Shown here in pieces: positions 9,807-20,568 of a stretch of DNA of 64,000 nt. The notes beneath the pieces were generated by a model. It saw nothing but the letters and a program-made list of their open reading frames with translations. It was not told where the DNA came from and ran no database searches. Within the stretch, counting starts at the first letter, position 1, and each line of letters starts with the position of its first letter. The stretch is from NCBI RefSeq assembly GCF_003019035.1, contig NZ_CP027447.1; one strand, given 5' to 3'. The translations under genes and the position numbers were made by a program. The stretch comes from Escherichia coli. GTDB lineage: Bacteria > Pseudomonadota > Gammaproteobacteria > Enterobacterales > Enterobacteriaceae.

Positions 9807-10721
9807 CTATACCGTTTCCATCGCCGCATTATCACTCACTTGCTGTCGATACACCTGCGGCGTAACCTGATAAGTCTGACGGAAAACTTTGCAAAAATAA
9901 CTTGTTTGCGAAAAACCTAAATTACGCGCAATGCTGGCGATGCTCCAGTCACTATGGCACAGTAACTCACGAGCGCTGGCCATCCGTTGTTGGTTTACCC
10001 ACGCATTAAACCCGATTCCATGGTATTTCTTAAATAACTTACTGAAATAATAAGGGCTTAGATAAACGTGCGAGGCGACATCTTCCAGACGCAAATCGTC
10101 TGATAAATGCGCATCAATATAACGTAAAGCTTTTTTCATTTTATTGTCGTGGGGACCAGGCGCACGAGTCTGGCGCAACGAATCTGACTGAGATTTGTTC
10201 TCTTTAATAACCACAAAATTGAGTTGTTTTTTTAGGCAATTTTCTACAATCAACTTCAACAAATCCGCAGAGGCCATAACTCTTGAGTAATCCATCTCAG
10301 GGACTTTGCGAAATTCATTAAGTAATTCGGGATCTGCCTGCCAGCAATCATCGACATTCAGAATATCGACCAAATCGACATCATCATTACGCAGACGAAC
10401 TTGCCCGCACAATACAAAACCAACTAAATGTCCGGCGATTACCAGTGGAATAGAGAAATCGGTTAATCCGGCATGACAGCGATAAATACAAGGCTGATCG
10501 GATTTAGAGGCTTCCAGGCCCCCACAACGATCGCTCATGCGACATCGAGTGCTTAGCTGAGGGTGTTGCCGCATCATCTGACAAAATGGAGTGAAGTTAA
10601 ACAGCTCGGAAATTTCATCGCCGTGAATATTGACCACGACAACCGCAAGGCTGGTCGCCTGCGCAAAATCCTGCGCGATTTTATTAATGAGTTCTGAATT
10701 AAGTGTCGCCGCAGAAATCAT
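9807..10721 (-). CDS. pocR: AraC-family regulator PocR (activator of pdu/cob in response to 1,2-propanediol)
   Basis: 304-aa ORF with C-terminal AraC HTH (…IASIARNLGFSQTSYFCKVFRQTYQVTPQVYRQ…); sits between the cob leader and pduF as in Salmonella. Confidence 0.88.
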   Translation of the reverse strand: MISAATLNSELINKIAQDFAQATSLAVVVVNIHGDEISELFNFTPFCQMMRQHPQLSTRCRMSDRCGGLEASKSDQPCIYRCHAGLTDFSIPLVIAGHLVGFVLCGQVRLRNDDVDLVDILNVDDCWQADPELLNEFRKVPEMDYSRVMASADLLKLIVENCLKKQLNFVVIKENKSQSDSLRQTRAPGPHDNKMKKALRYIDAHLSDDLRLEDVASHVYLSPYYFSKLFKKYHGIGFNAWVNQQRMASARELLCHSDWSIASIARNLGFSQTSYFCKVFRQTYQVTPQVYRQQVSDNAAMETV

Positions 10722-10923
10722 GATAAAACCTCCCAGTTAATTTATTGTTATAGCAAAACAATTGTTTTACATTTAATCTTCACATCATCCTTGATGATTT
10801 ACTGACGAGAAGCACAAAGGACAATAACAAAAGCCTCCGTGAAGCGGGAGACTTTTTAATAAGTTCGGAAAGCAGATCACAAACAGTAAAAAAATAAACG
10901 TTTATAACTGCCAGATTATTTCG

Positions 10924-11733
10924 TTATTCGCTGATTTCTTTAGGCGTTACACTATTGACAGGTAAATTCTTTGCAATGAGATAGCGATAAATCGCCGCAC
11001 CAACACATGCCCCAATGATCGGTGCAATAATGGGTACAATGAAATAAGGAATATTGCGTCCACCAGTCATCGCAATTTCCCCCCAACCCGCAAACCAGGT
11101 GAAAATTTTAGGTCCAAAATCACGCGCTGGATTCATGGCAAAACCGGTTAATGGTCCGGTAGAAGCACCAATAACAGCAACCAGAATACCAATGAGTAAA
11201 GGCGCAAGCGGTCCTTTGGGTACGCCATTACCGTCATCGGTCAACGCCATAATCAACCCCATTAACATGGACGTTATGACCACTTCGACCAACGCAGCTT
11301 GCCATACATTAATCGCCGCTGCTGGATAAGTACTGAAGATACTGGCGAGTTGTAAACTTTCTGCGCTACCACGCACTATATTGTGAGCCGATTCAAAATC
11401 GGTAAACAAACTGCTGTAGAGAGAATATGCCAGAACCGCACCACCAAAGGCACCCGCTAATTGCGCCACACAAAATGGCAGCACTTTACGGGCTGGGAAA
11501 GAGGCAAACAGCCACAGAGCAATGGTAACTGCCGGGTTGAGATGAGCGCCGGAAATACCTGCCGTAAGGTAAACAGCAAGCGAAATCCCTAACCCCCATA
11601 TGATACAAATTTCCCACAGTCCCAGACTTGCCCCGGCAACTTTCAGGGCGCACAAACAACCAATGCCAAAAAAGAGGAACAGTCCGGTGCCCAAAAACTC
11701 GGCAACGCATTGCGCCTTGAGTGAATCATTCAT
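10924..11733 (-). CDS. pduF: Propanediol diffusion facilitator (MIP/aquaglyceroporin family)
   Basis: MIP-family ORF with NPA motif (…GAHLNPAVT…); start set at MNDSLKAQ…; divergent from pduA. Confidence 0.88.
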   Translation of the reverse strand: MNDSLKAQCVAEFLGTGLFLFFGIGCLCALKVAGASLGLWEICIIWGLGISLAVYLTAGISGAHLNPAVTIALWLFASFPARKVLPFCVAQLAGAFGGAVLAYSLYSSLFTDFESAHNIVRGSAESLQLASIFSTYPAAAINVWQAALVEVVITSMLMGLIMALTDDGNGVPKGPLAPLLIGILVAVIGASTGPLTGFAMNPARDFGPKIFTWFAGWGEIAMTGGRNIPYFIVPIIAPIIGACVGAAIYRYLIAKNLPVNSVTPKEISE

Positions 11734-12244
11734 AGTGACACCTTCTTTACGGAGTTTTTCTTTATCAGCCAACTATGCGCTGATTGTTGTGTATACCGAG
11801 CGCAACTATAAAAAATTGCTCTGCAGAAAATATTGCCAACATGCATGACAGACTCGTGTAAAAATCGTGCTAACATAACAAATTATTGTCATTGCCGAAT
11901 CATGCAACACAGCGTTAATCAGTGTTGAAAGTAATAATTCCCACCAAACTTTTACAGTAAAAAATTGCCATCATGACATAATAAAATTGAAACAAATATC
12001 ACAGTTCCTTCCTCGAACCAAACTCAACGAAATATTACTCGCGATTAAACTCACTAGACAACGCAATTAATTCACATTGAAACATCCACAAAATAACCAA
12101 TAAATTAATAACATATAGTTCATAAAAGCAATTTTATAATATTTGTTCTCTATTAATTTTTCTCATTAGCCGATTAAGTCAGCCATTCTTTTTCCTCGCT
12201 TTTTTTTATAGTCATATCGTCAAAAAAATCCAGGCGAGGTCTTT
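11734..12244. promoter_or_regulatory. Divergent pduF / pduA control region
   Basis: About 510-bp AT-rich intergenic region between divergently oriented pduF and pduA; by analogy with Salmonella it should carry PocR-dependent promoters. Individual sites not identified. Confidence 0.5.
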
Positions 12245-12529
12245 ATGCAACAAGAAGCGTTAGGAATGGTAGAAACCAAAGGCTTAACTGCCGCCATAGA
12301 GGCCGCGGACGCCATGGTGAAGTCGGCAAATGTTTTGCTGGTCGGCTACGAAAAAATAGGTTCCGGGCTGGTGACCGTCATCGTTCGTGGTGATGTCGGG
12401 GCGGTAAAAGCGGCAACAGACGCAGGTGCCGCAGCTGCGCGTAACGTCGGCGAAGTAAAAGCCGTGCACATTATTCCCCGCCCACATACCGATGTCGAAA
12501 AAATCTTACCAAAGGGAATTAACCCATGA
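12245..12529 (+). CDS. pduA: Bacterial microcompartment shell protein PduA (BMC-H)
   Basis: 94-aa BMC-domain protein ([30 protein letters not shown]…). Confidence 0.93.
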   Translation: MQQEALGMVETKGLTAAIEAADAMVKSANVLLVGYEKIGSGLVTVIVRGDVGAVKAATDAGAAAARNVGEVKAVHIIPRPHTDVEKILPKGINP

Positions 12530-13338
12530 GCAGCAATGAACTGGTCGAACAGATCATGGCGCAGGTCATCGCTCGCGTAGCGACGCCAGAGTATGAGGTT
12601 CTCCCGAAAACCACTCATCAAATACGAGAGACGGCTATGGCAGAAAAAAGCTGCACGTTAACAGAATTTGTTGGCACCGCTATTGGCGACACTGTAGGTC
12701 TGGTCATTGCGAACGTTGATAGCGCCCTGTTGGACGCAATGAAACTTGAAAAACGCTATCGTTCCATTGGCATTCTGGGTGCGCGTATTGGCGCAGGTCC
12801 ACACATTATGGCCGCTGATGAAGCGGTAAAAGCCACCAACACTGAAGTTATTAGCATTGAACTTCCTCGCGATACTAAAGGCGGTGCCGGACACGGCTCA
12901 TTGATCCTCTTAGGTGGCAACGATGTTTCCGACGTGAAACGCGGTATTGAAGTTGCCCTGAAAGAACTCGATCGAACCTTTGGCGATGTCTATGCCAACG
13001 AAGCCGGACATCTTGAGCTGCAATATACCGCCCGCGCCAGCTATGCACTGGAAAAAGCGTTTGGTGCACCATTGGGACGGGCTTGCGGCGTTATTGTCGG
13101 CGCTCCAGCCGCTGTGGGTGTTCTGATGGCCGACACCGCGCTGAAGTCCGCCAATGTGGATGTCGTGGCATACAGCTCCCCCGCTCAAGGCACCAGCTAC
13201 AGCAACGAAGTCATTCTGATTATCTCGGGTGACTCCGGCGCGGTCCGCCAGGCGGTCATCTCCGCACGCGAAATCGGTAAAACCGTGCTTTCGACTCTCG
13301 GCGATACACCGAAAAACGATCGCCCTTCCTACATCTGA
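12526..13338 (+). CDS. pduB: Microcompartment shell protein PduB (tandem BMC)
   Basis: 270-aa ORF overlapping the pduA stop; tandem-BMC-like sequence. Confidence 0.9.
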   Translation: MSSNELVEQIMAQVIARVATPEYEVLPKTTHQIRETAMAEKSCTLTEFVGTAIGDTVGLVIANVDSALLDAMKLEKRYRSIGILGARIGAGPHIMAADEAVKATNTEVISIELPRDTKGGAGHGSLILLGGNDVSDVKRGIEVALKELDRTFGDVYANEAGHLELQYTARASYALEKAFGAPLGRACGVIVGAPAAVGVLMADTALKSANVDVVAYSSPAQGTSYSNEVILIISGDSGAVRQAVISAREIGKTVLSTLGDTPKNDRPSYI

Positions 13339-13356
13339 ATTCTCTGAGGCAGATTT

Positions 13357-15021
13357 ATGAGATCGAAAAGATTTGAAGCACTGGCAAAACGCCCGGTCAA
13401 CCAGGACGGTTTCGTTAAAGAGTGGATTGAAGAAGGCTTCATTGCGATGGAAAGCCCGAACGATCCTAAACCGTCAATCAAAATTGTTAACGGCGTCGTT
13501 ACCGAACTGGATGGAAAACCCGCCAGTCAGTTTGACCTGATCGACCACTTTATCGCCCGCTACGGCATCAATCTCGCGCGCGCAGAAGAAGTCATCGCGA
13601 TGGATTCGGTAAAACTTGCCAATATGTTGTGCGATCCAAATGTCAAACGTAGCGATATCGTTCCCCTTACCACAGCAATGACGCCTGCAAAAATCGTCGA
13701 AGTGGTTTCGCAGATGAACGTGGTAGAGATGATGATGGCGATGCAGAAAATGCGCGCCCGTCGAACACCATCACAACAGGCTCACGTCACCAACATCAAA
13801 GATAACCCGGTACAAATTGCCGCCGACGCAGCTGAAGGCGCATGGCGCGGGTTTGATGAACAGGAAACCACCGTTGCCGTTGCTCGCTATGCACCGTTCA
13901 ACGCCATCGCCCTGCTGGTCGGCTCACAGGTGGGACGTCCGGGCGTCTTGACCCAGTGTTCACTGGAAGAAGCCACCGAACTGAAACTCGGTATGTTAGG
14001 CCACACCTGTTACGCCGAAACAATTTCTGTCTATGGTACAGAACCTGTTTTCACCGATGGCGATGATACCCCGTGGTCAAAAGGATTTCTCGCGTCATCC
14101 TATGCGTCTCGCGGCTTAAAAATGCGCTTTACTTCCGGCTCCGGCTCTGAAGTACAGATGGGTTACGCGGAAGGCAAATCAATGCTTTATCTCGAGGCTC
14201 GATGCATTTACATCACCAAAGCCGCAGGCGTTCAGGGTCTGCAGAATGGTTCGGTAAGCTGCATCGGTGTTCCATCAGCTGTGCCATCAGGCATCCGCGC
14301 AGTATTAGCGGAAAACTTAATTTGCTCATCGCTGGATCTGGAATGCGCCTCCAGTAATGACCAGACCTTTACCCACTCGGATATGCGCCGTACCGCACGT
14401 TTCCTGATGCAATTTCTGCCAGGTACCGACTTTATCTCTTCCGGTTTTTCCGCTGTGCCGAACTACGACAACATGTTTGCTGGTTCAAACGAAGATGCTG
14501 AAGACTTCGATGATTACAACGTCATTCAGCGTGACCTGAAGGTTGATGGCGGGCTGCGACCAGTACGCGAAGAAGATGTTATCGCAATCCGCAATAAAGC
14601 CGCTCGCGCTTTACAGGCTGTCTTTGCCGGTATGGGACTACCGCCAATTACCGATGAAGAAGTCGAAGCGGCAACCTATGCCCACGGTTCGAAAGATATG
14701 CCTGAGCGCAATATTGTGGAAGACATCAAGTTCGCCCAGGAGATTATCAATAAAAACCGTAACAGCCTGGAAGTGGTGAAAGCCCTGGCGCAAGGCGGTT
14801 TTACCGATGTCGCCCAGGACATGCTCAACATGCAAAAAGCAAAACTGACCGGCGATTATCTCCATACCTCAGCCATCATCGTCGATGACGGACAAGTGCT
14901 CTCAGCGGTCAATGACATCAATGATTACGCAGGGCCAGCTACAGGTTACCGCCTGCAAGGGGAACGCTGGGAAGAGATCAAAAATATTCCCGGTGCACTT
15001 GATCCCAACGAAATTGACTAA
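13357..15021 (+). CDS. pduC: B12-dependent propanediol dehydratase, large subunit
   Basis: 554-aa ORF (MRSKRFEALAKRPVNQDGFVKEWIEEGFIAMESPNDPKPSIKIV…), canonical PduC. Confidence 0.94.
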   Translation: MRSKRFEALAKRPVNQDGFVKEWIEEGFIAMESPNDPKPSIKIVNGVVTELDGKPASQFDLIDHFIARYGINLARAEEVIAMDSVKLANMLCDPNVKRSDIVPLTTAMTPAKIVEVVSQMNVVEMMMAMQKMRARRTPSQQAHVTNIKDNPVQIAADAAEGAWRGFDEQETTVAVARYAPFNAIALLVGSQVGRPGVLTQCSLEEATELKLGMLGHTCYAETISVYGTEPVFTDGDDTPWSKGFLASSYASRGLKMRFTSGSGSEVQMGYAEGKSMLYLEARCIYITKAAGVQGLQNGSVSCIGVPSAVPSGIRAVLAENLICSSLDLECASSNDQTFTHSDMRRTARFLMQFLPGTDFISSGFSAVPNYDNMFAGSNEDAEDFDDYNVIQRDLKVDGGLRPVREEDVIAIRNKAARALQAVFAGMGLPPITDEEVEAATYAHGSKDMPERNIVEDIKFAQEIINKNRNSLEVVKALAQGGFTDVAQDMLNMQKAKLTGDYLHTSAIIVDDGQVLSAVNDINDYAGPATGYRLQGERWEEIKNIPGALDPNEID

Positions 15022-15030
15022 GGGTGAGAA

Positions 15031-15699
15031 ATGGAAATTAACGAAAAATTACTGCGTCAGATTATCGAAGGCGTGCTGGCAGAAATGCAAACCAGCGACA
15101 AGTCCGTTTCATTTCGTGCACCTGTCTCTGCAACTGTCTCTTCAGTGCCAGATACCGGAAATTTTCTGACCGAAATTGGCGAAGCCCAACAAGGCACTCA
15201 GCAAGATGAAGTCATTATTGCTGTAGGCCCGGCGTTCGGCCTGGCGCAAACCGTCAATATCATCGGTATTCCGCATAAAAACATTTTGCGCGAAGTGATT
15301 GCCGGTATCGAAGAAGAAGGCATTAAAGCCCGTGTGATTCGCTGCTTTAAATCGTCCGATGTCGCATTCGTAGCAGTCGAAGGAGATCGTCTTAGTGGTT
15401 CAGGTATTGCTATCGGTATTCAGTCGAAAGGCACAACGGTTATCCACCAGCAGGGACTTCCTCCCTTGTCTAACCTGGAACTTTTCCCACAAGCGCCTTT
15501 GTTGACGCTGGATACTTATCGTCAGATTGGCAAAAACGCCGCGCGTTATGCGAAGCGCGAGTCTCCACAACCGGTGCCGACCCTCAACGATCAAATGGCA
15601 CGACCGAAATACCAGGCCAAATCTGCCATTTTGCATATTAAAGAGACGAAGTACGTGGTCACTGGCAAAAAACCGCAAGAACTGCGCGTGACGTTTTAA
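15031..15699 (+). CDS. pduD: Propanediol dehydratase, medium subunit
   Basis: 222-aa ORF in the conserved pduCDE order. Confidence 0.92.
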   Translation: MEINEKLLRQIIEGVLAEMQTSDKSVSFRAPVSATVSSVPDTGNFLTEIGEAQQGTQQDEVIIAVGPAFGLAQTVNIIGIPHKNILREVIAGIEEEGIKARVIRCFKSSDVAFVAVEGDRLSGSGIAIGIQSKGTTVIHQQGLPPLSNLELFPQAPLLTLDTYRQIGKNAARYAKRESPQPVPTLNDQMARPKYQAKSAILHIKETKYVVTGKKPQELRVTF

Positions 15700-15713
15700 C
15701 AAAGGAAACCTTC

Positions 15714-16232
15714 ATGAATACCGATGCAATTGAGTCGATGGTCAGGGACGTGTTGAACCGCATGAACAGTTTACAGGATGCAGCTCCTGTTTCTGCGGTC
15801 CCCAGCGCGTCAATACAGAGCGCCAAAGTGACGGATTACCCGCTGGCAAATAAACATCCGGAATGGGTTAAAACAGCAACCAATAAAACGCTCGACGATT
15901 TCACTCTGGAAAATGTGCTAAGCGATAACGTCACCGCCCAGGATATGCGCATTACCCCTGAAACATTGCGTATTCAGGCTGCGATTGCCAGAGATGCTGG
16001 TCGCGATCGCCTGGCGATGAATTTCGAACGCGCCGCTGAGCTTACCTCAGTACCGGATGATCGCATCCTCGAAATCTACAATGCGTTACGCCCTTATCGT
16101 TCGACTAAGCAAGAACTTATTGCCATTGCTGACGATCTTGAACGGCGTTATCAGGCCAAAATTTGTGCTGCATTTGTCCGTGAAGCTGCGGAACTTTATG
16201 TCGAGCGCAAAAAACTGAAAGGCGACGATTAA
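15714..16232 (+). CDS. pduE: Propanediol dehydratase, small subunit
   Basis: 172-aa ORF in the conserved pduCDE order. Confidence 0.92.
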   Translation: MNTDAIESMVRDVLNRMNSLQDAAPVSAVPSASIQSAKVTDYPLANKHPEWVKTATNKTLDDFTLENVLSDNVTAQDMRITPETLRIQAAIARDAGRDRLAMNFERAAELTSVPDDRILEIYNALRPYRSTKQELIAIADDLERRYQAKICAAFVREAAELYVERKKLKGDD

Positions 16233-16241
16233 GGACGAACT

Positions 16242-18074
16242 ATGCGATATATAGCAGGCATTGATATCGGCAACTCATCAACAGAGGTTGCGCTGGCAAC
16301 GCTCAGTGCAACTGGAGAGTTGTCGTTCGTGAGTAGCGCCCTGGCGGAAACCACCGGAATTAAAGGTACGTTGCGTAACGTCCATGGTATTCAGGAGGCG
16401 CTCGCACAGGCAACGAAAAAAGTCGGCATCAATGTTAGCGATATTTCGCTTATTCGTATCAACGAAGCAACTCCGGTCATTGGTGATGTGGCGATGGAAA
16501 CCATCACTGAAACTATCATCACCGAATCAACCATGATCGGTCACAACCCGAAAACGCCGGGCGGAGTGGGGCTGGGCGTAGGGCTCACCATCACTCCGCA
16601 AGAGTTATTAACATGCCCGGCGGACACACCCTACATTCTGGTGGTGTCATCGGCATTTGATTTTGCCGATATCGCAACAATGATAAACGCCTCCGTACGA
16701 GCCGGATATCAGCTGACTGGCGTTATTCTGCAACGCGACGATGGCGTGCTGGTCAGTAACCGACTGGAAATCCCTTTACCCATTGTTGATGAAGTCCTCT
16801 ACATCGATCGAATACCGCTCGGCATGCTGGCTGCAATTGAAGTTGCCGTTCCTGGGAAAGTTATCGAAACCCTGTCTAACCCGTATGGGATTGCCACCGT
16901 TTTCGCCCTCAATGCTGAAGAGACTAAAAATATTGTTCCTGTCGCGCGGGCGCTAATCGGCAACCGTTCAGCAGTGGTAGTGAAAACGCCTTCTGGCGAC
17001 GTTAAAGCCCGTTCGATACCCGCCGGAAATATCGAACTGCTTTCTGCCGGGCGCACAACGCGGGTTGATGTAGCTGCTGGTGCCGATGCCATTATGAAAG
17101 CGGTCGGTGAGTGCCCAAAACTGGAAAACGTGACGGGAGAACCTGGCTCCAACATCGGCGGAATGCTGGAACATGTTCGCCAGACCATGGCTGAGCTGAC
17201 CAACAAACCCAGCAACGAAATTTTTATTCAGGATTTGCTGGCGATAGATACCTCTGTCCCCGTCAACGTAACCGGTGGTCTGGCAGGTGAATTTTCACTG
17301 GAACAGGCTGTGGGTATTGCCTCTATGGTGAAATCCGACCGTCTGCAAATGGCGATGATCGCCAGTGAAATTAAGCAAAAACTACATGTTGATGTTCAGG
17401 TCGGAGGCGCAGAAGCAGAAGCCGCCATTCAGGGGGCCTTGACTACCCCTGGAACGACACGTCCACTGGCAATTCTGGACTTAGGTGCAGGCTCTACCGA
17501 TGCCTCCATCATCAATCAGAAAGGGGAAATAGTTGCCACTCACCTTGCGGGAGCGGGCGACATGGTAACGATGATTATCGCTCGTGAGCTGGGCTTAAAT
17601 GATCGTTATCTGGCAGAAGAAATCAAAAAGTACCCGTTGGCAAAAGTAGAAAGCCTGTTCCACTTACGCCATGAAGATGGCAGCGTTCAGTTCTTCCCTA
17701 CTCCCCTATCCCCTCATGTATTTGCCCGCGTTTGTGTGGTGAAACCTGACGAACTGGTGCCTATTCCCGGTGATTTGACGCTGGAAAAAGTACGCGCTGT
17801 CCGTCGTAGTGCGAAAGAGCGTGTCTTCGTAACTAATGCCCTGCGCGCGCTACGTCAGGTAAGCCCTGCAGGAAATATTCGCGACATTCCGTTCGTCGTT
17901 CTGGTGGGTGGTTCTTCGCTGGATTTCGAAGTACCGCAATTGGTCACCGACGCGCTGGCACATTATCGACTGGTCGCCGGGCGGGGGAATATCCGTGGTA
18001 GCGAAGGTCCGCGCAATGCGGTAGCTACTGGGCTCCTCATCGCCTGGCACAAGGAGTCGATTCATGGAAAGTAA
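16242..18074 (+). CDS. pduG: Diol dehydratase reactivase, large subunit
   Basis: 610-aa ORF with ATPase-like N-terminus (MRYIAGIDIGNSSTEVALA…). Confidence 0.92.
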   Translation: MRYIAGIDIGNSSTEVALATLSATGELSFVSSALAETTGIKGTLRNVHGIQEALAQATKKVGINVSDISLIRINEATPVIGDVAMETITETIITESTMIGHNPKTPGGVGLGVGLTITPQELLTCPADTPYILVVSSAFDFADIATMINASVRAGYQLTGVILQRDDGVLVSNRLEIPLPIVDEVLYIDRIPLGMLAAIEVAVPGKVIETLSNPYGIATVFALNAEETKNIVPVARALIGNRSAVVVKTPSGDVKARSIPAGNIELLSAGRTTRVDVAAGADAIMKAVGECPKLENVTGEPGSNIGGMLEHVRQTMAELTNKPSNEIFIQDLLAIDTSVPVNVTGGLAGEFSLEQAVGIASMVKSDRLQMAMIASEIKQKLHVDVQVGGAEAEAAIQGALTTPGTTRPLAILDLGAGSTDASIINQKGEIVATHLAGAGDMVTMIIARELGLNDRYLAEEIKKYPLAKVESLFHLRHEDGSVQFFPTPLSPHVFARVCVVKPDELVPIPGDLTLEKVRAVRRSAKERVFVTNALRALRQVSPAGNIRDIPFVVLVGGSSLDFEVPQLVTDALAHYRLVAGRGNIRGSEGPRNAVATGLLIAWHKESIHGK

Positions 18075-18414
18075 AGAGCGTGCACCAGCCATCGTTGTCA
18101 TGGAGATCGGTGACTGTATCACTACATGGGATGAAGTGCTTCTTGGCATTGAAGAGGAAGGTATTCCCTTTCGCATTCAACACATTCCGTCAGGTGAAGT
18201 TATCGATAGCGCCTGGCTGGCGGCTCGTCAATCTCCCCTGTTGGTTGGCATTGCCTGCGATCAGGAAAAACTGATTGTGCATTACAAAAACTTACCGGCA
18301 TCAGCGCCACTGTTTACGCTGATGTATCAACAAGATAACCATGACAGGCGCAGCATCGGCACTAACGCTGCCCGCCTGGTAAAAGGAATTCCCTTCCGGG
18401 AACTCCACTCATAA
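18064..18414 (+). CDS. pduH: Diol dehydratase reactivase, small subunit
   Basis: 116-aa ORF overlapping the pduG 3' end. Confidence 0.88.
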   Translation: MESKERAPAIVVMEIGDCITTWDEVLLGIEEEGIPFRIQHIPSGEVIDSAWLAARQSPLLVGIACDQEKLIVHYKNLPASAPLFTLMYQQDNHDRRSIGTNAARLVKGIPFRELHS

Positions 18415-18433
18415 TCCACAGGAGAAACGCAGT

Positions 18434-18709
18434 ATGAACAACGCACTAGGACTGGTTGAAACAAAAGGGTTAGTTGGCGCAATTGAAGCTGCAGATGCCA
18501 TGGTTAAATCCGCCAACGTGCAGCTGGTTGGCTATGAAAAGATTGGTTCGGGTCTGATTACGGTGATGGTCCGTGGCGATGTTGGCGCAGTAAAAGCCGC
18601 CGTTGATGCAGGAAGCGCCGCCGCAAGCGCCGTTGGCGAAGTGAAATCCTGCCATGTCATCCCGCGCCCACACAGTGATGTTGAGGCTATTTTACCTAAA
18701 TCAGCATAA
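18434..18709 (+). CDS. pduJ: Microcompartment shell protein PduJ (BMC-H)
   Basis: 91-aa BMC-domain protein, paralogue of PduA ([29 protein letters not shown]…). Confidence 0.92.
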   Translation: MNNALGLVETKGLVGAIEAADAMVKSANVQLVGYEKIGSGLITVMVRGDVGAVKAAVDAGSAAASAVGEVKSCHVIPRPHSDVEAILPKSA

Positions 18710-18732
18710 CCCCATTCGCTAAGGAGCACAGC

Positions 18733-19155
18733 GTGAAGCAATCACTGGGATTACTTGAAGTCAGTGGTCTGGCACTCGCCATCAGTTGCGCAGATGCTAT
18801 GGCAAAAGCCGCGTCCATCACGCTGGTTGGCCTTGAGAAGACCAATGGCTCAGGCTGGACGCTCATCAAAATCACCGGTGACGTCGCCTCGGTTAATGCG
18901 GCGATCGCGACGGGAGCCAGTTTCGCCGGACAGCGAAATGGCCTCGTCGCACACAAAGTGATTGCCCGTCCGGGAGACGGCATTCTGCCCCACACAACTG
19001 AAGCATTGACTGTGACGGTTGAAACAAGCGAAACACCAGCAACAACCGTCATCTCAGAGATTATCAGTTGTAATTTGTGTCTTAACCCGGCATGTCAGCG
19101 GCAAAAAGGTGAGCCCCGCTCACTTTGCCTGCACGCCAATAAGCGAGGGGAGTAA
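18733..19155 (+). CDS. pduK: Microcompartment shell protein PduK (BMC with C-terminal extension)
   Basis: 140-aa ORF, BMC domain plus Cys-containing tail (…CNLCLNPACQRQKG…). Confidence 0.85.
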   Translation: MKQSLGLLEVSGLALAISCADAMAKAASITLVGLEKTNGSGWTLIKITGDVASVNAAIATGASFAGQRNGLVAHKVIARPGDGILPHTTEALTVTVETSETPATTVISEIISCNLCLNPACQRQKGEPRSLCLHANKRGE

Positions 19156-19157
19156 CA

Positions 19158-19790
19158 GTGGATAAACAAACCTTGCAGGAAACAGTGAGCCAGATTCTGG
19201 ATGAGATGCGCGAGCGCCCTATCCCTCTGGGTGTTTCCAGTCGTCATATTCATCTTTCAACAGCGGATTATTTGCGTCTTTTTCCTGAACAACCGATTAG
19301 CGAGAAAACGCTGTTAATGCAACCTGGCCAATTCGCTGCTGAACAGGTTGTTACGCTGGAGGGACCAAAAGGTAAATTGCACAACGTTCGCTTGTTGGGG
19401 CCGCTACGCAATGCAAGCCAGGTGGAAATTTCCCGTACGGACGCCAGAACGTTAGGGATCACCGCTCCGCTACGCATGTCAGGCGATCTCAGCGGCACTC
19501 CAGGGATTCGTTTGATAAGCCCATTTGCGGAACTGGAGATCACATCTGGCGTCATTGTCGCGCAACGGCATATTCATATGTCTCCGCTGGATGCCCTGAT
19601 TTATGGCGTTACGCATGGCGATAAAGTGGCGGTTGCCATTAAAGGTGATGAGCGACGACTGATATTCGAAAACGTCGCTGTTCGCGTCTCTCCGGATATG
19701 CGTCTTGAAATGCATATTGATACCGATGAAGCCAACGCCGCAGGGGCTGATAGCCCTGACGTTTTTGCCACACTGGTGTCAGTGCCATGA
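19158..19790 (+). CDS. pduL: Phosphate propanoyltransferase
   Basis: 210-aa ORF at the conserved position. Confidence 0.88.
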   Translation: MDKQTLQETVSQILDEMRERPIPLGVSSRHIHLSTADYLRLFPEQPISEKTLLMQPGQFAAEQVVTLEGPKGKLHNVRLLGPLRNASQVEISRTDARTLGITAPLRMSGDLSGTPGIRLISPFAELEITSGVIVAQRHIHMSPLDALIYGVTHGDKVAVAIKGDERRLIFENVAVRVSPDMRLEMHIDTDEANAAGADSPDVFATLVSVP

Positions 19791-20278
19791 ATAACATGCT
19801 GATGCAACGTATTGTTGACGAAGTGGTTTTTCGCCTTAAACAACGTGCGGGAAAAACACTCGTGCTGACTGTTTTTCAACTGCGAGACGCCAGCGTTCAA
19901 GAGATAGTTCATCAGTATGCATCATTACAAATCCGATATGTCGATCTGCCGTTGTTACGACAACTTGCGGAGAACAAAACGTCAGATCGAGCAGCAATTC
20001 AGATACACGAAACGTTAGCCTGGGGATTGCACATTCAATTGTCGTTGCAGCGTCATTTCCTGAACGCCATTGAATTGAAGACTCTCGCCCGTCTACCGCT
20101 AAGCTGGTGCGACGAGCAAGGGCAACCGATCTACCTTCATCGTGATCGACTTTTAAATTATGCCGATATTGCACAGTTAAGCTCGGGAATACTGGTGTTA
20201 CAGCGAAAATGTTGTGTGACCGCACTGGCTCGTGAAGCGGCAATTACCCGAAATATTCAGTTAATCAGGCAGGAGTAA
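19787..20278 (+). CDS. pduM: Microcompartment structural protein PduM
   Basis: 163-aa ORF; length and position match PduM. Confidence 0.82.
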   Translation: MNNMLMQRIVDEVVFRLKQRAGKTLVLTVFQLRDASVQEIVHQYASLQIRYVDLPLLRQLAENKTSDRAAIQIHETLAWGLHIQLSLQRHFLNAIELKTLARLPLSWCDEQGQPIYLHRDRLLNYADIAQLSSGILVLQRKCCVTALAREAAITRNIQLIRQE

Positions 20279-20281
20279 CCT

Positions 20282-20557
20282 ATGCATCTGGCTCGAGTCA
20301 CTGGCGCGGTAGTATCCACGCAAAAATCACCTTCTCTGATCGGGAAAAAACTGCTGCTGGTTCGCCGGGTCAGTGCTGACGGCGAACTGCCTCTCACGCC
20401 ATTAACCGGCGACGAAGTTGCCGTTGATTCCGTCGGCGCAGGCGTTGGTGAGTTGGTACTCCTCAGCAGTGGTTCCAGCGCCAGACATGTGTTTTCCGGC
20501 CCTAACGAAGCCATCGACCTAGCAGTGGTCGGCATTGTCGATACGCTTTCGCGCTAA
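20282..20557 (+). CDS. pduN: Microcompartment vertex protein PduN (BMC-P / EutN-CcmL family)
   Basis: 91-aa ORF ([28 protein letters not shown]…) typical of pentameric vertex proteins. Confidence 0.88.
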   Translation: MHLARVTGAVVSTQKSPSLIGKKLLLVRRVSADGELPLTPLTGDEVAVDSVGAGVGELVLLSSGSSARHVFSGPNEAIDLAVVGIVDTLSR

Positions 20558-20568
20558 GGAGCTGAAAG

